From Harriotta raleighana (taxonomy: Eukaryota): DNA of 64,000 bases. Position 1 is the first letter of the stretch; each line of letters begins with the position of its first letter. The stretch spans positions 6,144,548-6,208,547 of the forward strand of contig JBNZDD010013721.1 of the NCBI GenBank assembly GCA_050575255.1, in the 5' to 3' direction. Of the stretch, positions 1 through 13,040 are shown one piece after another. A program made the position numbers and the translations under genes. Below the pieces are notes generated by a model. That model had not been told where the DNA came from. It made no database searches and saw nothing but the letters and a program-made list of their open reading frames with translations.

Positions 1-436
1 TGTATTGTAAATGCAGCACTGCTTTAAGCCATTCACTTATAGCAGCAGAACAATTAGGAATAGGAACAGGATTTATGTCTCTCACTCTGCACATTTGCTC
101 TCGCTGGGGGCTGAAGAGATGCATGCAGCTCTGTTAATCTGTGCTAAATGCTGGTTTGTTCTTTAATGTTATTAAAGAGCCCATTGGTTTCTTCTGAAAT
201 CAGCAGAAGTGCAAGTAGATTTATGCTGCAGCAGAGGTTTTTTTCTGGAGCCGGTTTCAGACTCGATTGCATTGAAAACGATGTACCTGTATATTGTGTT
301 TTTACTGTATCTTTTCAACTGCAAACAGCATCTTTGTGCAGTATAAATATAGGATTAGTTCAGTTCCCATTAGAATGCTTTCACCTCTCACCCTCTTTTC
401 CTTTGCTGCTCTGTCAACCACTAACTACCCTTGAAG

Positions 437-744
437 GTGGAGTCCTGTAGCTCAATAATTAGAGAATGCGCTACCAAACGAGAGACCTGGGTGCGATTCC
501 CAGCAAAGCAAAACTCTGGGGAAGTTTCCTTGCTTTCCACATGCCTAATAATAATCCCTCGAGAAAAATAGGTAATTTCAATCCATAACTGTTTGTGAGA
601 CACAGCTGTGCACAATCGGCTGCTGCGTTTCACCCACAAATATACGTAATTTCACTTTACAGCATATTCTGTGAAACTCTTTGAGATATCTAGAAGATGT
701 GAAAAGTGCTTTATCAAATGCAAGAATCCTTATTTATTGATTAT
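437..744 (+). mobile_element. tRNA-headed SINE, DeuSINE-type, young family 'A', near full length
   Basis: Head GTGGAGTCCTGTAGCTCA.. with degenerate Pol III A/B boxes; core TGTTTGTG(G/A)GACAC.GCTGTGCACAAT.GGCTGCTGCGTTTCACCCACAAA; tail ..GTGAAAAGTGCT.TATCAAATGCAAG + (TAT)n. Many copies elsewhere in the window. Confidence 0.85.
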
Positions 745-796
745 TGCACAATGCCTTTGCAGCAATTTTGAGAGGGGAAATTCTGTATAAGACACA

Positions 797-1170
797 ATAA
801 TAATTCTTACATTTGGTGTAGCAACTTTCACATCGGGAGGACATCTGAAACCATTTCACAGGACATACTGTAAAGGGAGTGACTGTATATTTTGTAAATG
901 AATGCGGCGGAAATTGTATGCACAGCAATGTCTCACAAAATGTATGCACAATCATTTTTATTTGGGGGATTGTTGGCTAGGACACCAGTAGAAACTCTTT
1001 TCTTTTGGAAGAATGCCATGGCTTCTTTCGGTTCACCTGAAAAGGCCGATGTCTGAGACTTCAGTTGAATATCTGAAGGGTAGCATCCGATCCCACTCCA
1101 CCTGCCTTGGGGCTTGAAGCCACAACATTCTGACTCGGAGATATGAGTGCTATCAACAGAGCCAAGTTTG
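797..1170 (-). mobile_element. Older SacSINE1-like DeuSINE (family 'B'), inverted relative to the copy at 437
   Basis: Reverse complement reads GGCTCTGTTGATAGCACTC..CCGAGTCAGAATGTTGTGGCTTCAAGCCCC, then Deu-like core and the same tail as family A. Confidence 0.65.
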
Positions 1171-2400
1171 AAATTCAGTCCTTATGTTTGACGCAGAGAT
1201 GAAATACGCTTTGGGGTCTATTTATGACCTTTAGCATTTAGTCTTCAGATTAATTCATTACTAATTACTGTATTACTAATACAGAAGGGGCCGTTGGAGT
1301 GTGAAATCAGGAAGAACGAGGCGGCTTCCTAGTAACAAATTGTAGCTGAAACCCTCCAGTTATCAGCTGGCCTGGAATAATGACGTATCCAGTTGTTCTG
1401 GGAGATTTCAGTCATTTGTAGAAATTGCTGAAAGAAATTTCTGATTGCTATGTGAAAAATCCATGTTAAAATCTGTGTTAAAAGATGATCGCACCAGTGT
1501 GAGGAGCAAGGCGAGGATTTTGATTTTGAATAAAGCATTTTTGTTGAATTCCCTTATTGATTTTGAATAGTTGGTGGTGGGCAGAATTTAGCTTTGATGT
1601 AGAATCTGTGTGGTACCCAGCTAGTGATTGAAGGATGGAGGCATGAAAAGTGAATTAAAATCTTACTACTAACGACTAAAATAAATATTGGGAGCAGCAG
1701 AAGGAGTAAGAAATTGTTTGAAATAAATGTTAAATAGTCAACTTAGGAAACAGAGTTCTTATTTAGAATAACTGCTTATTTTGGCAGTAGAACATTTTAA
1801 TAATAAAGCTGCTCTTGACATTGGAGTAAATTTATTACTGTAATATCAGGTTTCTTGTCAGTATCCAAATGTGTTAACTGAAAATTGGCACATGAGAGGA
1901 GTGGGCAATTCCCTGGAGCTGCTGACAGCGTAAAGTTTGTCATTTGATTTGCAAAGTAAATATCACTAATTCTAAACAACTTCAGTCTTGATGGTCAGTG
2001 AAGGGCAGCCAATCTGGGGAACCTATTTAAAAGACTCCTCAGCTGAGATCTAACTGTGATGATTATTACGTGAAGAATCCAGTTGCAATGCCCTTCAATA
2101 TATTGCTGACTCACTCATAAGGCGGGTGGGTGTCTGACATACGGTCACGTCAAAACATGAAAATCCCGTTATCTGGAGACTAGTGGAAGTGGTTTAGGCT
2201 GCGGATGGTGAGAGCTGCCGGACAGTTTTTGGTCACAGTGTGTCCGGTGACAGCACGATCCTCAGCACTGTCCAGCGATGGCTGATTCAATTCTCACTGG
2301 GAAAGCAGGTTGGGATATTTTGAATCCCAGCAATTTTCTTGTTATTATTACAGTATTTCTAATTGCGTTTCAGCAGGTTTCCATGTATAACCATATAATT

Positions 2401-2745
2401 GTGGAGCCATTAGAGCACTCACCCGTAAGCCAGAGGACTCAGATTTGATTTCCAAGCAGAGTGAAACCTTACTCAAGTTTCCTTAGTCCACATGCCTCTC
2501 TTTAACGAGCAGTAAGTAGGAACCTGGTTATTACTCGATTGGTGAATCGCTTTCCAGGGCTAATAATCCCTCCCCCCAAAATGTGGTACTCAATCCTGTC
2601 AAAACTGTTTGTGGGACACTGCTGTGCACAAGTGGCTGCCATATTTCACCCAGAAAATACACAGTCAATCCACTTTACAATATACAGTATTCTGTAAAGC
2701 AGTTGAGACTTCTCAACGACATGACAAGGAGTTCTCTGAAAATGC
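2401..2745 (+). mobile_element. Family A SINE, long variant with an extra internal ~65-bp segment
   Basis: tRNA head, then CTCTCTTTAACGAGCAGTAAGTAGGAACCTGGTTATTACTCGATTGGTGAATCGC.. which is absent from the copies at 437 and 23684, then the shared core and tail. Confidence 0.75.
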
Positions 2746-3242
2746 ATATCATCAACATATGTAAGCGGAAATTGTGATGCACAGGTGAAGGAGAAGGAAA
2801 TACAAGGGTATAGTGCTTTGGGAGGCTACCCTGCATGAAGGGCACTGTTTAAATACAAATTGTTCTTGCATAGGAGAAGGAATTAGGAGTGGTGGAATAT
2901 AAAACAGGCACAGAGTATTTGGGCTGAACAGTTTCCATTCTTTTATATTTCATGAATTCTTGTCTGCAGCTGTGCTGTTGGCAGGAAGCAACGTGAGATG
3001 TAATTGCTGAGGTAAAAGCTACCTAACTGGGTCAGAAGGAAAAGATACTGCAGAAGATGTACTTTGCTGTGTATTTCCCTTATGGATCTCCACTGAGGTG
3101 GTGCTGTCTACTTCCGTTGCATATTTCACCTGCTGTCTCGTTAACTAGACAGATTTAAATAAGATTATGCTGGAGCTTCCTGCGTTATGTGGCAATTTAA
3201 AACTTTATCTTCCTTAAATTTATCAGAGGCCCGGGAGGATAG

Positions 3243-3430
3243 AATAATAATAATAATAATAATTTGGTCACTCAAACCACTATTGTTTGTCGGACACTGC
3301 TGTGCACAATTAGCTGCTGCATTTCGCCCACAAAATATACAGTGAATTCAGTTTATAGTATATTGTGTGAAGTGTTTTGTGACGTCTCAATGATATGATG
3401 GGGTGCTACATCAAATGCAAGGATTATTAA
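3243..3430 (+). mobile_element. Family A SINE, 5'-truncated
   Basis: Core TTGGTCACTCAA..TGTTTGTCGGACACTGCTGTGCACAATT and tail ATCAAATGCAAGGATTATT. Confidence 0.75.
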
Positions 3431-4488
3431 CTGGGCCACATCGTAATCATCAATAGTAACCATTAGATCATTTTAAGAATCTGTTAGGTCCTTAGCACTG
3501 AAACTTCCCCCTTTGCGCCTTTTAAAAATTACAGTCTCTATTGTTTTGTGATAAACATCAGCTGGACCAATTGCAAGATTAACTTTTCCAATTAATTCTA
3601 GTATCTGAAAGCGATTAACAAGTCAACATTTAAGAGAATAAAACCCAACCATTTCAAAGTGTGATTAACTAACCAGTTCCTGGCTCCTAATGGTCATTAT
3701 TTATGCACACTATTGTCAGTTCTGTAACTGCACTATTGTGAATACTGGCTCACTTTGTGGATTTACACTTCACGCTGTTAAGCTAGAAAGAGTCCATCAG
3801 AATAATCAGATACATCTCTGACGATGGGGTAACAAGTTAACCTTAAAAGCTTTATTGTTCTGCTGACGGGAGTACATGAGAAGGTTATTGTAAACGATCA
3901 ATGTGCAAGTGTATTTTTATTAAGAAATTGAATGTGTATCCACACTCATTGAGGTGAGGAATGACAGGCCTGGGGAATGAGCATTTTTTTATTTTGTGCT
4001 CAGTGACAGCTTGGAGCAATCTTAAGGTCATGTTCCTTTTTAAGGGCCAGACTGTGTACTGTACAGCATTCTTTGTGCATTGTACTGACAATGCGCCTTA
4101 ACTCTATCACTGCCAGCTGCTCTGCGGACTCCTGTTTTCATCTGTTTCAGGAGTTAGAGGTCAGGCAGCTGATTTGAAATGACATCAACGGCATTCTACT
4201 GTCTAATGTGTGAGCATTCTTATGGGGTGGAATATCTCACCACAAATACCCAGTGAAACTCAATTCATAACATTTGAAAGGCAAATGGATAAATACTGAA
4301 GAAATATAATATTAAAACATTTGGGGAATGCTCAATGAGTTAGAGTAAATGGCTTTGGTGTTGCAGAAGAAGCAAGGGAATGCGATTAGAGTAGATGACT
4401 GGTTTAAAAAAGCAAATGCCAATAAGTCTTTACCTCAGATAAACATGAGTTATTGAGTCTGTGGCTAAGTTATTTTGTAGGTTGTAAT

Positions 4489-4800
4489 GTAATAATAATA
4501 ATCCTTGCTTTTGATATAGTGTTTTTCACATCTTCCAGACGTCTCAAAGTGCTTCACAGAATATACTGTAAAGTGAATTGACTGTATGTTTGTGGCCAAA
4601 ACGTGGTAACCAATTGCGCAGAGCAATATCCCACAAACAATCATGGATTGAAATGACCAATTTATTATTGTTTTTTTGGAGGGATTATTGTTAGGCATGT
4701 GGAATAAGGAAACTTGTCCAAGGTTTCGCCCGGCGTGGCTTTGAACCCAGATCTCTCGCTTGCAAGACGAGTGCTTTAACTACGGACTACATGACTCCAC
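4489..4800 (-). mobile_element. Family A SINE, full length
   Basis: Reverse complement of the family A consensus, from GTGGAGTC (4800) to the (TAT)n tail (4489). Confidence 0.85.
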
Positions 4801-5079
4801 AAAAAATGGAGCAAACCAGCACTGAAAATATTCAGACATCTTTTGTCAGTTTTATGACAAATGTCGTGATTAATGCATTATGGAAGGACATTCTCCTGAA
4901 TGAAAAGTGCTATACAAGTGTAATGTTGTTGTAAATATTGTTTTAGCAACATCCTTGAGGGTAAAAGCATTTATCTATCTGAGTACTGTATTTCAATAAA
5001 GTGTATAATGAAGAAATGGTAAAACAATAAATTAAACCTCTGACATATTGTTCCAGTATCACTTCTGTTATCCAAATGA

Positions 5080-5319
<240 letters not shown>

Positions 5320-5798
5320 TAGTCCTGGGGGATGCAATGATGCCTACATGTTCATCAGATGCCTCCGTTGTTTAGAGCCTTACATTGCGCTCAGCTCTGA
5401 AGACTTTATTGAGGTATCTCCTTTGACGCTTGCAAGACAGAAACCAACATCGTCAATCTTGTTCATGGGATACTTCTCTAAGTTGGGACAGTCAACTCCC
5501 AAGTAAACTCAGCAAAGCTGCTTTCAGGGTCCTCAAGGCAATCCTCACTAAGTGGGAATTCAAGAGAGTGGAGATTTTTCACCCGCATTTGAGCAGTGGC
5601 ATTATGAGGAAGTGAGGGGAATTAATCACTTGCACGCTGTTTCTAGTAAGGAATGGAAAATATCTGGCCATCCGTGTAAGTGCAGTGACAAGGGCATTGT
5701 GAAAAACCCACGCTCAAAAGGGTTCAAGCAGGCAAAGGACTTAGAGGGAGGTACAAAATGTTATTACAAAATGTTGTGACTGACTTTTCTCTTTACAG

Positions 5799-6040
5799 AC
5801 CTACATTGTGCCTCCAATGGCAATTTTCAAAGCGGAAGAAGCCTCTCAGCAGGCAAGCGCCTTGTTGAATAACATGCGGGTATATGGAACCTGTGTCCTC
5901 TCGTGTATGGCTCTCATAGTCTTTGTGGGAGTCAAGTATGTCAACAAGTTTGCCCTGGTCTTCCTGTTTTGCGTGATCATATCTATTCTTTCCATTTATG
6001 CCGGAGTTATCAAAACCGCATTCGATCCACCAGATTTCCC
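5799..6040 (+). CDS. SLC12A5: KCC2 exon 7 (242 bp): [42 protein letters not shown]
   Basis: ctttacag acceptor, gtaagt donor; ORF 5808-6044. Confidence 0.96.
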
Positions 6041-6922
6041 GTAAGTAGTACATTGACTTGCTACTCAGTGATGGTGTAAGACGCAGGATGGGCAAGACAG
6101 AAAAAGAGAGAGAAAGATAGGGGGTGTGTGTGTGATGTGGCGGGTGGGGGGGAAATGGGGGGGACGGAAATTAAATGGAATGGGGAGAGGTGGGGAGGAC
6201 AAAAGCGGCTTGTGGCTCTATGGATATGTCTAGTAAATCCAGTGATGTGACGCTGAAATTGTGTTGGAAGGGCTCAGATTCAATTAAGGTGATAGTTTGG
6301 AACATCTGAATGCAGACAGTGCAATGCTCCAAAGATTAGCTCATCAGTCAGTCGTTCAATGGGAGAGGCGGAGTGTTCTTATCACAATATCTCTTCATCC
6401 CATCTGATCTTCAGTTTAGGTCCTTAGCTATGCAAAGTTGATTGATTAATCAACCAAATTGCCTGTTGACGGAGTCTTTCCTGGATTGTCAAGGAGTGAA
6501 TGCACCACAGGGATTATAGCGCCGATTTTTTGTATTGCACTTTTAGCCATTGATTTAACACTAAAACTGAATTTGAACTGACACCCACGTGATGTACCCT
6601 ATAAGAAAGCAGTGTAGAAAGCGCAATGTCAAATCAGTTTGCCTCTCAAGGTAATTGGCAAAGATAGTCTCAAAAGATGATTTTTGGACAGAAATCAATT
6701 GGTATTGCAATAGTAGTAATACCAATGTAGCTGGTTTAATGATAATTCTGTATCTCTGCAGCCTACCACACACCCTCACCGCATTTCTTGTGAGTTGTTT
6801 AGTGAGAGCGCCTTAAGTTTTCAATAGCTATGACGTTATCAGTGTGTATCTGAGGCGATTTCTCATAATTGACTCATGCGCAAAGGACCTGCAGTTAATG
6901 TTATGTCATTGCCCATTTCCAG

Positions 6923-7134
6923 AGTCTGTATCCTGGGAAACAGGACATTGTCTCGGAAGGATTTTGATGTGTGCGCCAAAGTCCTCACTGTTGGGAATGA
7001 GACGGTGACCACCCAGCTTTGGCAACTTTTCTGCTCGTCCGGCCTCCTCAACGCCACTTGCGATGAATACTTCCAGCAAAATAACGTGACGGAGATTCAG
7101 GGAATCCCCGGTGTAGCCAGCGGACTCATAACCA
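6923..7134 (+). CDS. SLC12A5: KCC2 exon 8 (212 bp): large extracellular loop with four Cys and N-glycosylation sequons (NRT, NET, NAT, NVT)
   Basis: tttccag acceptor, gtgagt donor; [30 protein letters not shown]. Confidence 0.96.
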
Positions 7135-7151
7135 GTGAGTGGGAAGCAAAC

Positions 7152-7350
7152 TAATAACAATAATATTAATAATCATCACCATAATAATGCTTGCATTCTG
7201 TATCTCGTCTTATCACATCGTTGAGACATCTCAAAGTGCTTTGCAGAATATGTTGTTAAGTGAATTGTGTGTGTATTTTGTGGTTGAATTATGACAGCCA
7301 GTTGTGCACAGCAGTGACCCACAAACAGTCATGGAAAGAATGAAGCACAT
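7152..7350 (-). mobile_element. Family A SINE 3' half, tail ~17 nt from the exon 8 donor
   Basis: (TAA)n then GCTTGCATT..ATCACATCGTTGAGACATCTCAAAGTGCTT..CAGCCAGTTGTGCACAGCAGTGACCCACAAACAG. Confidence 0.75.
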
Positions 7351-9094
7351 TTTTGAGGGTCAGACACTCCAAGACTGAAAGAACAGGAAAAAAAACTGAT
7401 GCTTAGCGCTCCTCAGGGTTGGGTAAAACATCTTTTCTTGGTGATGCGGAGATCCTTGGCACTGTGCGACTATAATGAGAAATCCCATGAGAGCTGACCT
7501 CGCCAAAAACAATGCAAGTGAGTGACACAGATTGGAATTTCTTCCCCCTCATGTCCAGGAAGCATTTTCTCAAAGAAAGTGGAACAACCTCTTCATAATT
7601 CTGGTTCTGAGCCATTAAGGAAAGGAGCGTTTTAGCAAACGGAGCATTGTAGAGAAGGTCATTTGTGTGCTCCATTTAACAGCTAGCAAGCAAAGAGGAA
7701 TTAATGTAATACAGGAGCATTTCATTTCATATTAAGAATCAGATCTGAAATGCGAAGATTGCTGTTCTATTTCTATTTGGTGTTTCGTGCCACATTCAGG
7801 TTGGGGAGATGGCTTTGTTTTCCCTCCCTGCCCTCTTCCCTCTTTCTCTCCCACTCTTGTTGACAGCTCAAACTTTCTGTGAGATAATTTAGAGCCTTTG
7901 ACTCAAAATAATACCTGCCTGGAGAAACATGAATCCACTGAACTGAGTGGGCGGGAGATGGGCGAAGTAGGGTGGGGGATAATGGAAATTTGATGCGATT
8001 TTTTTCATTATTTGAAACGGTTTTTCCAAATCTGGATATTACCAATTGAGAGAAGCTAGGAAAAATCAGCTCAGATGAAACCTGATTGAATTTGTTTCAA
8101 ATTGTGCAAAATAACACACAGCTCATGTTGAAAATAAAACGAATCAGGCCTCCCAGGTCTTGATTTGTCACCTAATTCAGAAGGGAGGACTTATTTTAAT
8201 AAATTGCACACATGATAATCTAGTTATCTTTCACTTCTCTCCAGATAAGAGTACATTGATTACAAAGGGTTGTTCCTCAGTTGCACAGGTCATTCAGAAC
8301 ATCAACCTTGAATGAACTGATACAGTTAAGCTGATTATTGTGGCAGACTCAATTTGTATGGAAATGTCCACAAACACAGATGGTTCTGACGCGGGCACAG
8401 GGACAGTCAGGAACAGCCATATCCTGTTCACATCCTGACAGGGATATACCTGGAATGAAGGAATTACAATTCACCTTATTACCAGATAAGAAATGAAACC
8501 CAACAAATTTCATCTGTGACTAATCCTTCTGCACACTCCATTGATTCTGATGAATATCAGAATGCAGGGACCATTTCCTGGGCAACATGCCACACTGGAC
8601 AAATGCCGGACTTGCCCTTTCAATCTGACACACCTCTTGAAACCATTCACCAGCACAAACGTCTATTGAGGAATGAACAATTGGTAGTCTGGGCTGATTA
8701 ACTTAAATGCAGTATCTATTTGCACTGCTGGGTTGATTTGGTTTAAAATGAGAAAATGTTCCTATTTAGAAGCAGAGATTTGCACAATGTTCTTTCATCT
8801 CTAGGACCTGGCTTTGAATTCAACCCAATTTGATGGGCTGGAAGTCTTTTTCTGTCTGCTGACTATGAATGTGTTTTAACTCAGTTTTTAATAGACCTAA
8901 GATCATAATGTGACAACTTGCACAAGTTGGCTAGCGTGGAGTGGCTGAATTAGTAAATTGAATGATTTCTAAGAGAGGATTTGAAAGAGATCTTCTGAGG
9001 TTGAGATTAAGCCATTTGCTTTTCATCTGTCTCATGCTATAACTGATGAAACAGAATGAAGGTGCTTCCTTCTCCAAAGGTGACATTTGTGGGC

Positions 9095-9630
9095 ATGAGC
9101 TTTGCTCTATTGGGAGATCTCTAGATTAGAAGGTTGTGACATCCAGCCCTGTGTCAGTACTTCAAAGACACAGACCAGGCTGACAACACAGTGCGGTGAC
9201 GGAGAGAATTCTGCATTGTTGGAAGTGCCATTCGTTGGATAAGACATGAAATCAAAGCTCTATCTTCCTGTTGAGATCTCATGACATTTTTCCTAAAACT
9301 GAGGGTATTTCTTTCAATGTCCCATTATAATTGTAATATATTATTAATACAATAATCCGTGCATTTGGTATATCACTTATCACCATATACTGTAATGTAA
9401 ATTGACTGTGTATTTGTTGGTGAAAGGCGATAGCCAATTGCGCACAGAAGTGTCTCAACTTGGTTGTTTGTCTCACAGTTGTTGGCAAGATATCTTGTGT
9501 GCAAAATGGTTGCTGCATTTGTCTACAAATGTGCAATTACTACACTCAACAGCGGTTACCTCGGAAAAACTTTGAGATGTTTTGACATGCCTGAAAGAGG
9601 TATTAGCATTCACCTTATCAAATATAACAT
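9095..9630 (+). mobile_element. Family B SINE, apparently interrupted by a minus-strand family A fragment (~9345-9455)
   Basis: TAGAAGGTTGTG..AGGCTGACAACACAGTGC..TGCATTGTTGGAAGTGCC..GGATAAGACATGAAA; an inverted tail fragment lies inside, and the core resumes at ~9480. Confidence 0.55.
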
Positions 9631-10769
9631 TATTCTAGAAAATTTAAAATGAAAGCTATAAGGAACAGAAGAATTGAATTGCACTGTCCTGGAACTCTGC
9701 AAAATTAGTAGAAAACACTGGGGAAAAGAAAACATTCAGAAATTAACTTGGATTTATTGTGAGCTTTTGTGAGCATCTAGGTAAAAGTGAAACCATGCTG
9801 GCTTTGTGAATTGATTAGTTCCCTTGTCTGAATCAATGTAAACCTGTCTTGCTTGATCAAATAAACCTTGGTTTTGAGCTTCAGTTAGCTTTAATCCAGC
9901 TAATGGCAGATTCAACAACTCATCGAAACTATTGCAAAATTGATGAAAATTGAGTTTCATTGGCAATGTTGCTTCTGAAGTTATAAAACCATTGCTAACA
10001 CTGCTGCATCCAAGAAATCAATCAATCTTGACTTTTAGCCATCTTATTAATTGACAGCCAAATAATGTAACAAGGAATCATAGCTGTATGCTTACCTTTA
10101 CACCAAGTACCAAACTGAAATCCTTCTTATTGTGGAATGAGTAGAAATTACAGTTTTGTACAAGGCAATGAAATCTATGCTCAAGCTAATTGTTTCAATA
10201 CCTATACCTGCTTATTCCCCTAATAATCGAAGCCATGTACGAACTGCTGAACAAAATGGCAATAAAAGAACATGAGGTTTCTCAGGGAAACCCTGCTGTG
10301 TTGTCATCCGCTGATGTCCACAATTGAACCATCTGTATCGTCAGACTCTGAAATGACTGTAAATAGTCAGTCCTTGCCAATAGTCATGAGTGATTGATAA
10401 AGGCCATCTCAATTTGATGGCTGTCAATTTCCAGCATGATAGCTGCTTAAAATAATTTCAATCAAAATTGTATTACGTTTGAAGTTTTAATTGGTGTGCC
10501 ACTCAATACACAGTTTTCAATTTGGGAGCATTGTCATCCGGGAAATGTGAGGAGGAAAACAGGAAGACAGATTGCCCTGAAAGGAATAGCACTGGGCTTA
10601 TTTTTCACAGCGCAGTCCAAATAAAACATCACAACAGATTTCAAATAAATTCATCAATTAATAAATTAATCAGTGAGACTTGACAAGTCCTTGAAAAGAT
10701 TCAAAGTTGAAAAGAAATAAATTAGATTCATCTTTGATCCTATTCACTCCAAGTCTCTTTGTTGAATAT

Positions 10770-10980
10770 TGCACAAATTGGCTGCTTACCAGTCGCCCAC
10801 AACATACTCAGACATTATTTGATGCATTCATCAATGGTGTATAGAAGCAAGTATAGTCCGTGGAATTGTTTTGCCCACAAATTCAGTCACACCATTTTAC
10901 AGTATATCATGTGAAACACTTTGAGATATCCTCCTGAAGTGAATGAAAGGTGCAAAATCAAATGATAGTATCACTACAGT
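10770..10980 (+). mobile_element. Degenerate family A SINE fragments
   Basis: GCACAAATTGGCTGC.. and TTTGCCCACAAATTCAGTC..TACAGTATATCATGTGAAACACTTTGAGA. Confidence 0.55.
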
Positions 10981-11004
10981 ATTAAGAACCCAAAACAAAC
11001 AGAA

Positions 11005-11295
11005 TTATTAATGATAATAAGAATACTCCTTTTGATAAAGTGCTTTTCACATCTTCTAACCATCTCAAAGCACATCACAGAGTATACTGTAAAGTGAATT
11101 GACTGTATATATGTGGGCAAAATGTGGCAGCCAATTGCGCACAGCAGTATCCCACAAACAGTGGTGGATTGAAATGACCAATTAAAACAAAATTTGGAGT
11201 GATAAATGTGTGGAGTAAGGAAACTTGCCCTGCCTGGAATTGAACTGAGGCATAAGGCAAATGTTCTAACCACTGAGCTACAGCACTCTACAGTC
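11005..11295 (-). mobile_element. Family A SINE, full length
   Basis: Reverse complement of consensus including tRNA head (TTCTAACCACTGAGCTACAG on +). Explains ORFs 10974-11321 and 11075-11260. Confidence 0.85.
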
Positions 11296-11514
11296 CTGTA
11301 TTGAATCAGTAAGAAGCTCATTTTAAACTAAATATATTAATTGGCCTGTAAATTGCAACTAAAATGAAAATAATAAAACAAAGCAATTGTTCTTTCTTCT
11401 TTAAATGTTTATTTTACAACAACAACATTGCCAACTTCCATTTATATAACGCCCCTCATACATGGTAGCTGAATAACTTTTATTTAGTTTATCTTATTTC
11501 CTGAATTAACTGGA

Positions 11515-11712
11515 TTACTTTCCACGGATAATAATCCCTTGTTAAAAAAAATTGCTCACTCAATCCATGACTGTGGCACACTGCTGTGCGCAACTGGCTG
11601 TCATGTTTTGCCCGCAAAATATAGTTAATTTATTGTACAGTATATTCTATGCAGGGCTTTGAGGTATCTCAATGATGTGACAAGGCTCTATATACAAAGA
11701 TTATTATTATTA
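11515..11712 (+). mobile_element. Family A SINE, 5'-truncated
   Basis: TAATAATCCC..ACTCAATCCATGACTG..CACTGCTGTGCGCAACTGGCTG..GATTATTATTAT. Confidence 0.7.
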
Positions 11713-11904
11713 AAATATATCTGACTATCCATTTTAGTAACTAAATATGTGATTTGAGCATATGACAGTCAATGTTTTCTATTTCTCTATTATTACCCAG
11801 CCTGGTAAATGTCTTCAAAATTACAAAATCTAATTTGATTTCTAAATTGTGCAAAGATTTTGACAAACCTTTCCATCCTCTCTGTGCCTTCACTGGCAGA
11901 GCAA

Positions 11905-12140
11905 TGTAATAATAATCCTTACATTTGACATATGTAGTAATTTTCACGTCTTCTAGAATATACTGTAAAGTGAATTGAATGTATATTTGTGGGCGAATCA
12001 CAAGCCTCTAACAATCTTTGTATTTGATATAACACCTTATCACATTGTTGAGACATCTCAAAACACTTTCCAGGATTTTACTGTGAAGTATAGTGACTGT
12101 ATCGATAAGGAGAAATGGCAGCCAATTTGCACACAGCAAT
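11905..12140 (-). mobile_element. Two minus-strand family A SINE tail fragments
   Basis: TAATAATAATCCTTACATTTGA.. and TTGTATTTGATATAACACCTTATCACATTGTTGAGACATCTCAAA.. Confidence 0.6.
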
Positions 12141-12805
12141 ATGTTTTCTGTATTCAATCAGGTTTTGTGTGAAAGGTTGCAGGTGAGTAATTCAATCGGG
12201 AAGATGTGGGGGTGGTTAAGTGTTCTGTAGATTTTTGCTTCTGCGGATGGTAATAGGAATGATTGTCTTTGAGTAGTGGAGCTCTCACAAGGAGATTGGA
12301 GGGTCGATTTACTTGATCAAGGTTGACCGAAACATTTCTTGTATCCATTTCTTTATTTAGCACAAGCATTGAACATTCTCTTGCTTTAAGCAAGTTGCTT
12401 TTACAGGTTCCAGTTTCGTTCTCTAGGTATTTGCTCAAGGCCTTTCGAGCAAAAACTGAAGTTAACCAGGTCATAAAGTATGGTTTAACAGATGTTCATT
12501 TTACTGGCAGGCAGCCAGCATCCTGAAATGTGGCATATTTCATCTTGTTTATTGCATCCATTTATCAAAAAATGAAAACCTAAACAGTGGGAGGATAGAA
12601 ACTGAAGATGCCGCGCTTACTTTAATGTGTTAGTTTGCATGTCAAGCTGTAGTGAATACTGATTCTAGAAGAAGAATATTTCATAAATTTGTTCCTGTTA
12701 AATAAAACTGTGTTCCATTTTTAAACCCTCTCAACTTTACAGACTTTGCCAAATAAATACTTTTCCTACACAGTTATGCTTAGACATGGTGGTATGAGTC
12801 CTGTG

Positions 12806-12925
12806 AATAATAATAATAATCCTTGCATTTGATATAGCGCCTTATTACATCTTTGAGACATCTCAAATCGCTTCACAGAATACACTGTAAAGTGGATTGA
12901 CTGTATATTTTGTGAGTGAAATTAT
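12806..12925 (-). mobile_element. Family A SINE 3' fragment
   Basis: (AAT)5 CCTTGCATTTGATATAGCGCC..GAGACATCTCAAATCGCTTCACAGAATACACTGTAAAGTG. Confidence 0.8.
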
Positions 12926-13040
12926 ATATATTCTTTCATTAAACTATTTGACTGGTAAAAAGTTGACTTGTGGTGAAAAGCTAGGAGACATATTTTAACA
13001 GAGAACCTGCTGATCGACCCTTTTCTTCTCTTTCTATCAG

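Noticed and set aside
1141-1160. ATGAGTGCTATC resembling KCC2 exon 5 (MSAI)
   Set aside because: Lies in the antisense head of a SINE, with no matching flanking codons or splice sites; exon 5 is presumably upstream of the window.
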